From Patescibacteria group bacterium (GTDB taxonomy: Bacteria > Patescibacteriota > Patescibacteriia > 2-01-FULL-39-33): DNA of 64,000 nt. The notes under the pieces are model-generated. The model was not told the DNA's origin. It ran no database searches and saw only the letters and a list, made by a program, of their open reading frames with translations. Position 1 is the first letter of the stretch; each line of letters opens with the position of its first letter. The position numbers and the translations under genes were made by a program. Of this stretch, positions 29,768 to 38,659 are shown one piece after another. The stretch spans positions 6,710 to 70,709 of the forward strand of contig JBAZQS010000003.1 in the NCBI GenBank assembly GCA_041645075.1. Direction: 5' to 3'.

Positions 29768-31003
29768 TTATTCATATCTCAACGCCTCAATGGGATTTAA
29801 TTTTGCGGCTTTTCTGGCCGGGTAAATACCGAAAATCAAACCAACGCCGGCGGCCACGCCCAGACCAAGTAGAATTGAACTGGGCGTGATGACCAGAGCC
29901 CAATTATAACCCAAATATCTTGCCACCAGGGCGACTAACGCTGATAGCGCGCCGCCCATAATAACACCGAGCAAACCGCCCAATAAAGCAACCGTGATGG
30001 TTTCCAAAATAAATTGCGCTAAAATATTTGACCGTTTCGCGCCCACGGCTCGGCGCAAGCCCACTTCCCTGACTCTTTCATTGACGGCCGCCAGCATAAT
30101 ATTCATGACGCCGACACCGCCGACAACCAGAGAAATGGCGGCGATGGCCGCCAAGAAAAATTTTAGGGCGTCGGTAATGGTGAGTAATGCCTGAATGGCG
30201 TCCTTGGTGTTTCTCACCGAAAAATCATCATCGCCAGCGGCCGAGATATTGTGCCGGTCGCGCAATAATAACGCGATATCTTCGGTGGCCTTATCCATAT
30301 TTTCGGCGCGATTAATTTTAACCCTGATATAATTAACATATCTTACGCCCAATAGTATTTTTTGAGCGGTTTGCGCCGGCACTAAAACAATATTATCTTG
30401 ATTTTGAAAACCGGCCGTTCCCCTTTCCTTCATTACCCCGATGACTTCAAAAAATTCATTTTTAATCTTTATTTTTTTACCCAAAGGGTTATTATCATCA
30501 AATAAATCTTTCCCCGCTTGATCGCCAAGCACGGCCACGCGAGCCGAAGCCGCGTCTTCTTCCGGAGTAAAAAAACGGCCATTCGCCACTTCGGTATTTT
30601 CTACTGACGGATAACCGCTCATGACGCCATTAAATTGGGTGGCGTTTTTAATATTTTGGTAACTGATATTGCCCATCCCCGTATTATATGAACTCACGGC
30701 CGCAATATTGGGCACTTGTTCGGCGATGGCTTGAGCGTCTTCATATTTTAAAGTCGTGATAATAATGCCCAGAACCGAAGCGGGCGGGCCGTTTTGGTCG
30801 GATTTTCCCGGCAAAATTCCAACCAAATTTGTGCCGATTGAATTTAATTGGTTTATAATCAAACTTTGAGCGCCGGCGCCCACCGACATAATAATCACGA
30901 CCGAAGCAATGCCGATGATAATGCCCAAGCCAGTTAAAAAACTCCGGACTTTATTGGTTCGTAACACGGAAAAGGATAGTTTAAGAGTATCAGTAAATCG
31001 CAT
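29768..31003 (-). CDS. ABC transporter permease, FtsX/MacB-like (paralog)
   Basis: Same architecture as 28514..29758. Confidence 0.8.
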   Translation of the reverse strand: MRFTDTLKLSFSVLRTNKVRSFLTGLGIIIGIASVVIIMSVGAGAQSLIINQLNSIGTNLVGILPGKSDQNGPPASVLGIIITTLKYEDAQAIAEQVPNIAAVSSYNTGMGNISYQNIKNATQFNGVMSGYPSVENTEVANGRFFTPEEDAASARVAVLGDQAGKDLFDDNNPLGKKIKIKNEFFEVIGVMKERGTAGFQNQDNIVLVPAQTAQKILLGVRYVNYIRVKINRAENMDKATEDIALLLRDRHNISAAGDDDFSVRNTKDAIQALLTITDALKFFLAAIAAISLVVGGVGVMNIMLAAVNERVREVGLRRAVGAKRSNILAQFILETITVALLGGLLGVIMGGALSALVALVARYLGYNWALVITPSSILLGLGVAAGVGLIFGIYPARKAAKLNPIEALRYE

Positions 31004-31023
31004 TAGTTAAAAATTTATAAATA

Positions 31024-31737
31024 TTATTTCGCAAACTCTCCATTGTTCGCGCTCCGCCTTTCGCTGACCATAAAATCTTCAACAATTAAGCCGTCTCTTA
31101 AGCGAATAATTCTTTTGGCGTGACGCGCCGTATCGCTTTCGTGCGTCACTAAGATAATGGTGCGCCCCTGGTCATTTAACTTTTCTAAAATCTGCATGAT
31201 CGCTTGGCCTGATTTGGTGTCCAGATTGCCGGTGGGCTCATCGGCAAAAATCAAACTCGGATTATTTACCAGCGCGCGGGCAATGGCCACCCTTTGTTTT
31301 TCACCGCCGGAAAGCTGATTGGAAAGATTATTGGTTTGAGGCGATAAGCCGACGGCTTCAATCGCGTCTCTGACGATTTTATCGTGGTCTTTTTGCCGGC
31401 TATATAAAAGCGGCAAACGGACATTGTCATAAACCGTGGTCTTCGGTAAAAGATTAAATGATTGAAAAACAAAACCCACTTCCTCATTTCTGATTTTTGC
31501 CAGTTGATTATCATCTAAATTGCTTACCTCGCGCCCCTTAAATTTATAATCACCCGAGGTCGGGGTATCCAAAAAACCAAGAATGTGCATTAAGGTGGAT
31601 TTGCCCGAGCCGGACGGCCCCATAATGGCCACGAATTCGCCGCCATCAATATTAAAATTTAAGCCGTGAAGAACGCTAGTTATCACCTCGTCGTTGACAT
31701 AGTCCTTTTTTAAATTTTGAACTTCTATTAATGGCAT
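31024..31737 (-). CDS. ABC transporter ATP-binding protein (MacB/LolD-type)
   Basis: GPSGSGKST Walker [16 protein letters not shown] signature, [11 protein letters not shown] Walker B. Confidence 0.9.
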   Translation of the reverse strand: MPLIEVQNLKKDYVNDEVITSVLHGLNFNIDGGEFVAIMGPSGSGKSTLMHILGFLDTPTSGDYKFKGREVSNLDDNQLAKIRNEEVGFVFQSFNLLPKTTVYDNVRLPLLYSRQKDHDKIVRDAIEAVGLSPQTNNLSNQLSGGEKQRVAIARALVNNPSLIFADEPTGNLDTKSGQAIMQILEKLNDQGRTIILVTHESDTARHAKRIIRLRDGLIVEDFMVSERRSANNGEFAK

Positions 31738-31834
31738 AATTTAAATGAATTTTCAATTTTCAATGATTCAAACTTTTATTTTTTTGAAAATTGATTCATT
31801 GGGTCATTTATTGAAAATTGTAAATTGTAAATTA

Positions 31835-33595
31835 CTATTTTTGTTCTTTCTTAAACGTGACTACTTTCTCGCCCTTGGCCAATCCGGAAATTACTTCCAC
31901 TAACCCATTATCGCCGCGCAAGCCGATGGTTACTGTTTTTTCAGTGGTCTGATTATTATCGCCTAAGACCGCCACGTATTTTTCCGCCACTTCGCCCAAT
32001 GTCGTTTCCCTGACTTTTACCGCCCTTTGGGGAATATACAAAACATTGTCTTTTTCCGCGGTTTTAATCGTAACATCCGAGGTCATACCCGATTTCACCC
32101 TTTCATTCCACGAATCAGAATCAAAACCGACTGTCGTTTGGTAATAAACCACGTCTTGAATAGTAGTTTGCGCGGGATCAATAAAGGTTACCAGGCCCGA
32201 AAAAATATGGTCGGCGCCAAAAGCATCAAGCTGGATTACGGCCTGGTCGCCGATTTTAATTTTAGCAATATCTGATTCCGGTATATTAACTTTGATTTGC
32301 AATTTTTCATTGCCCAGCATTTTAATGGCCGGCTTGGCCAGGCCGTCTTGCCCGCTGGAAACAAAATTTGTCTGCTCGCCCAATTTATAATTCACTTGGA
32401 TAACGGTGCCGTCAATGGGCGCGACAATAGCATAATCTTTCAAACCGACCAGCGTCTGGTCTAATTGCGCTTGGGCTTGAGCGACCTGCGCCCTAGCCGC
32501 GGCCAGGTCAAAAGTCCGGGGACCGGCTTTTTTCAAATCTAATTGCGCCTTAGAAATCGCCAAGGAATTTTCCGCGGCCCCAATCTGTGAATCATAACTA
32601 TTGATATTGTTTGCTAAATTGGACTTGGCGGTTTGCAAGGCATTTAAAGAAGCATTGTTTGCTGATTGCTCGGCATTAATATCTGATTTGATGGCGTCTT
32701 TTTTGGTCTGGGTGTAAACGGCATTTAATATAATGGCATTGGCTAAATTATAAGAATTATCTAAAAGATTAGTAAGGTCGGTTAAAATTATTCTTAACTT
32801 ATCTGCTCGTTCAATAATCAACTTGCTGTCCGTATTATTAACCGAATCAACATCATTGGCTACAAGATTAAAATTCTTGCTGACATTATAATAATCTGAC
32901 TCAACTCGGTTCTTAAGTGCCGTATTGTTTACCAGCAAGTCACTGATTAAATCGCGGTTAATAAAATAATTAAAAATTTTATTTAGGGCGACCTTCACCG
33001 TAAAAACCGCATTATTGATTGAGTCCGAATTTTTCTCTTTTAAAATATTCAACTGCTCGGCGCTTTCTGATTTTTGACTGGCTAAATCGTCAACGGCCTT
33101 AGCGGCCTGCCGTTCCAAAACATTAATATCTTCTGGCGAAGCGCCAGCCATAACTTTAGCCAAATTAGCATTAGCGGCCGCCACATTGGCGCGCTCTTGA
33201 GCAATAACCGGCGCGACATTGCTGGCATCAACTCGGCCGAGAACTTCGCCGGCTTTTACTTTGCCGCCTTGGCCAACTTTTAAATAAATGAGCCGGCCGT
33301 TATTTTTAAAATTAAGATTAATTTCTTCGGACGATTCTATGTTGCCGGTCGCGCTTACCGTCTGGGTAAGCTTGCCCTGTTTGACTGCCTCGGCCGTATA
33401 CTCAATGGCCGGTTTTTTGCCGAAAAAAATCAGGCCCACTACGGCAATAATTAAAATTACTATAACTGCAAACCAAAATAATTTTCTCTTGAATAATTTT
33501 TTAACGCTAAAGCCCTTTTTCGCCCCAACGTCACGTCGGGACGGAATATTAAGGGCTTCATAAGTATTAATTGGATTATTTAAGATTGGCTCCAT
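31835..33595 (-). CDS. HlyD/MacA-like periplasmic adaptor (membrane fusion protein) with long coiled-coil
   Basis: N-terminal TM, long coiled-coil, beta-barrel/lipoyl segments. Contains an in-frame ccccaacgtcacgtcgggacg hairpin repeat near the 5' end (~33523-33545). Confidence 0.7.
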   Translation of the reverse strand: MEPILNNPINTYEALNIPSRRDVGAKKGFSVKKLFKRKLFWFAVIVILIIAVVGLIFFGKKPAIEYTAEAVKQGKLTQTVSATGNIESSEEINLNFKNNGRLIYLKVGQGGKVKAGEVLGRVDASNVAPVIAQERANVAAANANLAKVMAGASPEDINVLERQAAKAVDDLASQKSESAEQLNILKEKNSDSINNAVFTVKVALNKIFNYFINRDLISDLLVNNTALKNRVESDYYNVSKNFNLVANDVDSVNNTDSKLIIERADKLRIILTDLTNLLDNSYNLANAIILNAVYTQTKKDAIKSDINAEQSANNASLNALQTAKSNLANNINSYDSQIGAAENSLAISKAQLDLKKAGPRTFDLAAARAQVAQAQAQLDQTLVGLKDYAIVAPIDGTVIQVNYKLGEQTNFVSSGQDGLAKPAIKMLGNEKLQIKVNIPESDIAKIKIGDQAVIQLDAFGADHIFSGLVTFIDPAQTTIQDVVYYQTTVGFDSDSWNERVKSGMTSDVTIKTAEKDNVLYIPQRAVKVRETTLGEVAEKYVAVLGDNNQTTEKTVTIGLRGDNGLVEVISGLAKGEKVVTFKKEQK

Positions 33596-33878
33596 AATTA
33601 TTTATTACTTTTTGTTTAAATTTAAATAATTTTTAACTAAATCATATTAGCATATTTTGGCCAAAAAGTAAATCCCGCCTCATTTTAAAATTTGAGGCGG
33701 GGGTTATCTTCCTCCCCCTTTATAAGGGGGAGGCCAGGAGGGGGTGCATTGGGGGGTGGAGGGGGTTAATGCTGATATTTTTTACCCCTCCCCAACCCTC
33801 CCCTTATAAAGGGGAGGGGGTTTAGGAGGAGTTTCGTAATTCAAGATATCTAATAACGGCAATATTAAACATAAAATT

Positions 33879-35165
33879 TTAAACCGCAACGCGCTTGACG
33901 GTTTTGATAACCAGGAATTTTTCCGCCCGCCTGATGTCGGCCAAGAGGTCGGAGCGGCTCGGATTAAACATAAATAAATTACAGACGCTCCGGCCGCCAT
34001 GCTTGGCGTATCGGCACTGTTCGCCTAACTTTTTGTTGACTTCAATGCCAACAAATGATTTAAGTTTTTTTATTTTTTTTATACCTTTTAATTCGTTTAG
34101 TCGGCCCTCGTCTTTGGCAAAAAATTTCAGGGCCACGGAATAGCCGTTTACTTTTTTGGGAATAATCGGCTTTTTGGGAATGCGGATAAGCACGTCATTC
34201 AAAGAGTGGTCAATGCCGTATGAGAGCTGATATAAGCGAGGGCGAAAACCGCCCACGCGCGGACCGAGTTCAATTATCTTCCAGCCCTCTTCGGTTTTCA
34301 TCAGTTCAATATGAACGGTGGTGCTGCGCAGAGCCAAAGCATAAACCGCTTTTTGCGCCACTCCTTCCGCTTCTTCAATGGATGATTTTTTAAGCAGAGT
34401 CGGCGTCATTTGCTGATAGCCAAAAAAATCATCAAAGCCGATAGTCCGGCCCGTCTTGACGTGCACCATCGGGCAAAAATAAACTTTGCCCCGCGCCGAA
34501 ACATAAACATCAATAGAATACATCTCGCCTTCCATAAATTGCTCAACCAAAACCTTGGGCTCGGCACTCCGCTTATTTTCTTTATAGAGGGTGTGAATTT
34601 TTCTAAAAACCCGCCTTAATGTCTCCTCCAATTCCTCTTCGTGAAAGCAAATGCTCACCAATAAACTCGCAGCTAAGCCCGCCGGCTTAATGACCAAGGG
34701 AAAGCCCACCTTGCTTTTAATTTTTTGGATTGATTCTTTATTTGTCTTGGAAACAATGGTAAATCGCGGAATAATTTTTTTATCATAAACCCGCATTCTT
34801 TCGCGCATCGTAATTTTATCGGTCGCCCAAAACAACGACTCGGCGGTCGGCGTCCGCAAATACGGCACATTGGGGATAATTTTGGCAAAAGTATTGATAT
34901 GCGCCTCGCCCCGGCAAGTAAAAGCCAACAGCTCGTCTTTATACGGCAATAGGGCTTGTTCAATTTTCCAGGACCGGCTTAAATCGCAGGAAATAATAAT
35001 ATCAACATCCAAGCCGGCTAGCTTTTTTTGCTGGGCTTGATTTTTTGAATCCACGACCACCGCGATTTTAAATTTTTCTTTGGTCTTTCGGCTGTATCTT
35101 CTGACACTTTCAATTGTCTCTTTGAAAACGCTATTCACAAAAAGAATAATGTTCCTTTGGGGCAT
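33879..35165 (-). CDS. ATP-grasp domain protein
   Basis: VGFPLVIKPAGLAAS, EQFMEGEMYSIDVY, HIELMKTEEGWKIIELGPRVGG. Confidence 0.6.
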   Translation of the reverse strand: MPQRNIILFVNSVFKETIESVRRYSRKTKEKFKIAVVVDSKNQAQQKKLAGLDVDIIISCDLSRSWKIEQALLPYKDELLAFTCRGEAHINTFAKIIPNVPYLRTPTAESLFWATDKITMRERMRVYDKKIIPRFTIVSKTNKESIQKIKSKVGFPLVIKPAGLAASLLVSICFHEEELEETLRRVFRKIHTLYKENKRSAEPKVLVEQFMEGEMYSIDVYVSARGKVYFCPMVHVKTGRTIGFDDFFGYQQMTPTLLKKSSIEEAEGVAQKAVYALALRSTTVHIELMKTEEGWKIIELGPRVGGFRPRLYQLSYGIDHSLNDVLIRIPKKPIIPKKVNGYSVALKFFAKDEGRLNELKGIKKIKKLKSFVGIEVNKKLGEQCRYAKHGGRSVCNLFMFNPSRSDLLADIRRAEKFLVIKTVKRVAV

Positions 35166-35251
35166 TGATTTAAATAATGGCTTAAGTTTAAAACATAAAA
35201 ATTTTTGAAATTCTAGTAATTTTTTTCATGAATTTATCCACAGTTTAGTAT

Positions 35252-35279
35252 TTGACATAATTCGTAGATTTGCTATACT
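35252..35279 (+). promoter_or_regulatory. Near-consensus sigma70 promoter (TTGACA-16-TATACT) inside a 10-bp-arm palindrome (TTTGACATAA...TAATGTCAAA)
   Basis: Read directly. The terminator hairpin starts ~15 nt downstream. Confidence 0.4.
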
Positions 35280-35292
35280 AATAATGTCAAAC

Positions 35293-35329
35293 CTCTCCCC
35301 GCTTCGGCGGGGGGATTTTTTTTTATTTA
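35293..35329 (+). terminator. Rho-independent terminator (ccccgcttcggcgggggg + T9)
   Basis: GC stem plus U-run on the plus strand. Confidence 0.55.
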
Positions 35330-35835
35330 TAGTAAGAAATCTGATCTTTAAGCTTTTTGAGATTGATATATTTTGCTCGATCCAGTAACTCTTTGGCGAT
35401 ATGACCTTTCGTGGACATTACTAGAACTCTTTTATGTTGAGCTTTCACCGCATCCAAGAGTGGAGCAAAGTCGCTATCTCCCGACATTAAAACAAGAGTG
35501 TCGAAATTATTAATATTCCCGAGCACATCAATCGTGAGCTCCACATCCAGATTTCCCTTCCACTCATAGGAGCTTTTTGAAATTTTAATCCGCTTTACTT
35601 CTTTTGCTTTTACAATATAACCGATCTTTTCAAGCTTTTGTATGAAAGAATTTTGTTTGTGATTTTCACCAACTCTTCCCGTATAAAAATAAATAGCGCG
35701 GAGATCGCACTCGCCCTCAAAATACTTTTTTAATTTTTCATAATCCACCCGCCAACGCAAAGTTTGCTGCGAATATAAAATATTCGCAGCATCAATAAAA
35801 ACATACGCCCTGCCTTTGACGAATTGCCCAATCAT
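35323..35835 (-). CDS. NYN/LabA-like (PIN-fold) domain protein
   Basis: YVFIDAANILYS...LVLMSGDSDFAPLLDAVK acidic residues typical of the NYN domain. Confidence 0.65.
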   Translation of the reverse strand: MIGQFVKGRAYVFIDAANILYSQQTLRWRVDYEKLKKYFEGECDLRAIYFYTGRVGENHKQNSFIQKLEKIGYIVKAKEVKRIKISKSSYEWKGNLDVELTIDVLGNINNFDTLVLMSGDSDFAPLLDAVKAQHKRVLVMSTKGHIAKELLDRAKYINLKKLKDQISYYK

Positions 35836-36008
35836 ACTTTATTAAGATTATGTTAAGTTTCCGGCGGAAACGGCGGATTCTGCCAAATCTGCGGAGAACC
35901 ACTAAACGCCCAGTAAAATAATGAATTACCCCGCAGCAGAGCTGACGGGGAATTATCTAATTAAAAAAATAAAATTTTAATAATAATTTTTGGTCCATAA
36001 ATTATTAT

Positions 36009-37838
36009 CTACTTCACTGCCTTTTTTATGTCTTTAATTTCTTTGCCAATCAGCCCCTCCGAATCGTCTAAGTCCTTTTTGAGCTGCTGGAAAATCTTTT
36101 CTTCTTCTTTGGTCAGCGGTCTTTTATTTTGCGTTTTATTGAGTAATTTAATCTGATTCCGGATGTCTTTTTTCAATAAATCAAAGGCCCGATGCAAGGT
36201 CTGCTCGGCTTCTTGAACTTCTTTTCGCAGTCGGTTTCTAAAGAGGACAAATTTATGCCAGCCAAACCAAAGAATAAACAAAAGCAGGATAACTAAGGCC
36301 GCCAACGGCACCGCGACCGAAAGCAAGGCGACTGCCAGCGACCCTACCCGCAAGAAAGCCGGACGCTTGACCGCCATCGTCAGCTTTTCGGTGGGCAAAC
36401 TTTTGGCTTGCCGTTCATCCACCACCTCGGCCCAAAAATTATAAATGCCGTCTTTTAGCCGTTCATCAGCGATAAAAGTAAAATTTCCTTTTTCATCGGC
36501 TTTTACGCTCTGGCTTTTTAACTCCCCTTTTTCTCCTTGAAACCACATCGTTACTAATGAACGGAGATAGCGGCTGATTCCTTTTATCACTAAAATTTCG
36601 CCGCTGGCCAAGACCTTTGGATACTCGGTAATCACCGGCGTCTCCAAGGGCTTAATGGTAAATTCTGCGGTGGCGATTCGGTCATTTCCGGCTTTGTCAA
36701 ACGCCTTGACCACGATGGTGTGTCGGCCAGGCCCTGGCGGCGGCAGAGGGAAAATATGCGGCTGATTTGGTCTTTCTATCTTATCCTCGTAATTGGAAAC
36801 AAACCACTCGCCATTGTCAACTTTTACATCGCAATGTCCCGCTATCCCCGAAAGCGAATCTTCGTGGTCAACTATTATGGTGGGACGGGGATTGTCTGTT
36901 TCATTGCCATCAACAAATCTTATCTCAAACGGCTCGGGCGGCGTCGTGTCAATTTGAATTTTAAAATGAGTGATTGGTCCCCAGCCGGCAGAATTCCTCA
37001 TTTTTATATGGAAATACCAAACACCATCTTCAATGTTTTCATATGACTTGGCGGCAAATAGGCCATTGGAAACCGGGCCCGGGTTAGAGGTGGGGCTTTG
37101 GCTGAAATACACGCTCACCCCATTAACATTAGCCGGCAAAGCCCAGGAAAATTGCGGATTTTTATTACTATACCATTTATTGGACTCCGGGTGAGTGGCC
37201 GAGGATACTTGAGGCGCCGAAGGCGCGCCGGAAATTGGCGCCGGCGCGAGCTTCTCTTCCGTTACCTCGGGAACGGTTGGCACGGCGCCGCCCAAACTAA
37301 ACTGTGCGCTCCCCAAACTTGCCAAAATATTAGTGCCCTTGCCATCATTGGCGAGCGCCGAGCCCGAGGAAAAATTAAGCCGAGCGGTACCGGCTGTTTT
37401 CACTTTAAAATTTGCGGTAAGAACTTTACCGGCCGCCCCGCTAAATCCCGGATTAAGCACAATCCCTTCAAAATTAATTACGCCGGCGCTGTTGGAAAAT
37501 GACGGCTCCAAAACCCAGAGAGAAAAAATGGAGCCGGATTTTGAAAGAGAAGTAATTTCCAGTTTATCGCGCGGGAAAGAAATCACGCCCGAGGCCGCGT
37601 TCATGGCTTGGTCGGCGCTGGAAACATAGACATTGACGTTAAAAGTTTTTCCCACCGCATAGGAGCCGGAGGAGGGGGAAAAATACAGCGAGGCGGCTTG
37701 CGCTGTTGCGGGCAGAATGCCAAAAACAATAAACAGCAACGCGCTGCTAATTAGCAAGCATCTTACATTTTTAAATATTTCCTCCATAAAATTTTTATTG
37801 CGTAAGTAATAGCGAATCCTAATATAATTATAAGCCAA
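36009..37838 (-). CDS. Cohesin-like domain surface protein with C-terminal TM anchor and cytoplasmic coiled-coil tail (likely start at internal Met MEEIF, ~37787)
   Basis: Signal peptide, then SLYFSPSSGSYAVGKTFNVNVYVSS...VISFPRDKLEI...GIVLNPGFSGAAGKVLTANFKV (cohesin-type beta-sandwich pattern). TM VGSLAVALLSVAVPLAALVILLLFILWFGW. Confidence 0.5.
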   Translation of the reverse strand: MAYNYIRIRYYLRNKNFMEEIFKNVRCLLISSALLFIVFGILPATAQAASLYFSPSSGSYAVGKTFNVNVYVSSADQAMNAASGVISFPRDKLEITSLSKSGSIFSLWVLEPSFSNSAGVINFEGIVLNPGFSGAAGKVLTANFKVKTAGTARLNFSSGSALANDGKGTNILASLGSAQFSLGGAVPTVPEVTEEKLAPAPISGAPSAPQVSSATHPESNKWYSNKNPQFSWALPANVNGVSVYFSQSPTSNPGPVSNGLFAAKSYENIEDGVWYFHIKMRNSAGWGPITHFKIQIDTTPPEPFEIRFVDGNETDNPRPTIIVDHEDSLSGIAGHCDVKVDNGEWFVSNYEDKIERPNQPHIFPLPPPGPGRHTIVVKAFDKAGNDRIATAEFTIKPLETPVITEYPKVLASGEILVIKGISRYLRSLVTMWFQGEKGELKSQSVKADEKGNFTFIADERLKDGIYNFWAEVVDERQAKSLPTEKLTMAVKRPAFLRVGSLAVALLSVAVPLAALVILLLFILWFGWHKFVLFRNRLRKEVQEAEQTLHRAFDLLKKDIRNQIKLLNKTQNKRPLTKEEEKIFQQLKKDLDDSEGLIGKEIKDIKKAVK

Positions 37839-38656
37839 TTCTCATAGTTTTCATACCAACGAAGCGGATTCCGCGGTGAAATTTGTTCCACTCGTGTATT
37901 GCCGGCTTTATCAACCGCTTTCACAAAAATATAACTGCGCAATTCTTGATCTTGCAAAATATATGGGCTTTCTTTTTGAGACCACCTTTGAAATATATCA
38001 AAAAACTTCTGGCGGGATTCCCTTATCTCATAATGGTCAATACCCGAACCTTTATCTTGAGTAGCGAAAACAACAAACCACTTACCGCCAAAAGTCGACT
38101 CATCTTTGGCAATTTCCGGCATAAATGATTCTGGCGACTCGGTATCTTTTACTTTTGTAACTATGGGGGTTACAGCCAGAGCTTCCAAAGAGATCGTTAT
38201 CTCAAGCGGCGCTGTTGTTAAAGCCGCCGAAGATCCCATACCGTCATTTCGCAAAACTTTTGCGTCGCTAACTTCAAAATGGGCAATACCTTCCGATTTT
38301 GCTTCTAAGACAGCCGAAAAAAGCAGGCCGTTATTTCCTTGAAATCCGCCGGGCGTGATGCCAGAAAATGTAACGGTGTCATTTTGCGCCTTAGGTCTAT
38401 CAATCCAAAAATTTATAAGTGAATTCCCGTCTCGTATCTCTTTTACCCCAACAAGATTGCTTGGAAAAATAATTTTTCCTTCAAGCGCGTTAACGCTTTC
38501 TTCCGGAGTATTTATAAGAAGCTTAACCTCAAATTGCTCGCCAACTCCCACTCCGCTTGTTTTCGCTTCAAAGAAAAGATCAGCCGCAAAAACGAGTTGA
38601 GGCAAGATCAGTCCCAACAATAATACCAATAAAATTTTAGTTAGAAAATGTTTCAT
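37763..38656 (-). CDS. Cohesin-like domain surface protein with C-terminal TM anchor
   Basis: Signal peptide, then LFFEAKTSGVGVGEQFEVKLLINT...GKIIFPSNLVGVKEI...GLLFSAVLEAKSEG. C-terminal TM. Confidence 0.5.
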   Translation of the reverse strand: MKHFLTKILLVLLLGLILPQLVFAADLFFEAKTSGVGVGEQFEVKLLINTPEESVNALEGKIIFPSNLVGVKEIRDGNSLINFWIDRPKAQNDTVTFSGITPGGFQGNNGLLFSAVLEAKSEGIAHFEVSDAKVLRNDGMGSSAALTTAPLEITISLEALAVTPIVTKVKDTESPESFMPEIAKDESTFGGKWFVVFATQDKGSGIDHYEIRESRQKFFDIFQRWSQKESPYILQDQELRSYIFVKAVDKAGNTRVEQISPRNPLRWYENYENWLIIILGFAITYAIKILWRKYLKM

Positions 38657-38659
38657 AAA

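Noticed and set aside
33782-34000. 72-aa minus ORF containing PPPLYKGRVGEG
   Set aside because: The peptide is encoded by the cctccccttataaaggggagg repeat and overlaps the ATP-grasp gene terminus. It is a repeat-derived spurious ORF.
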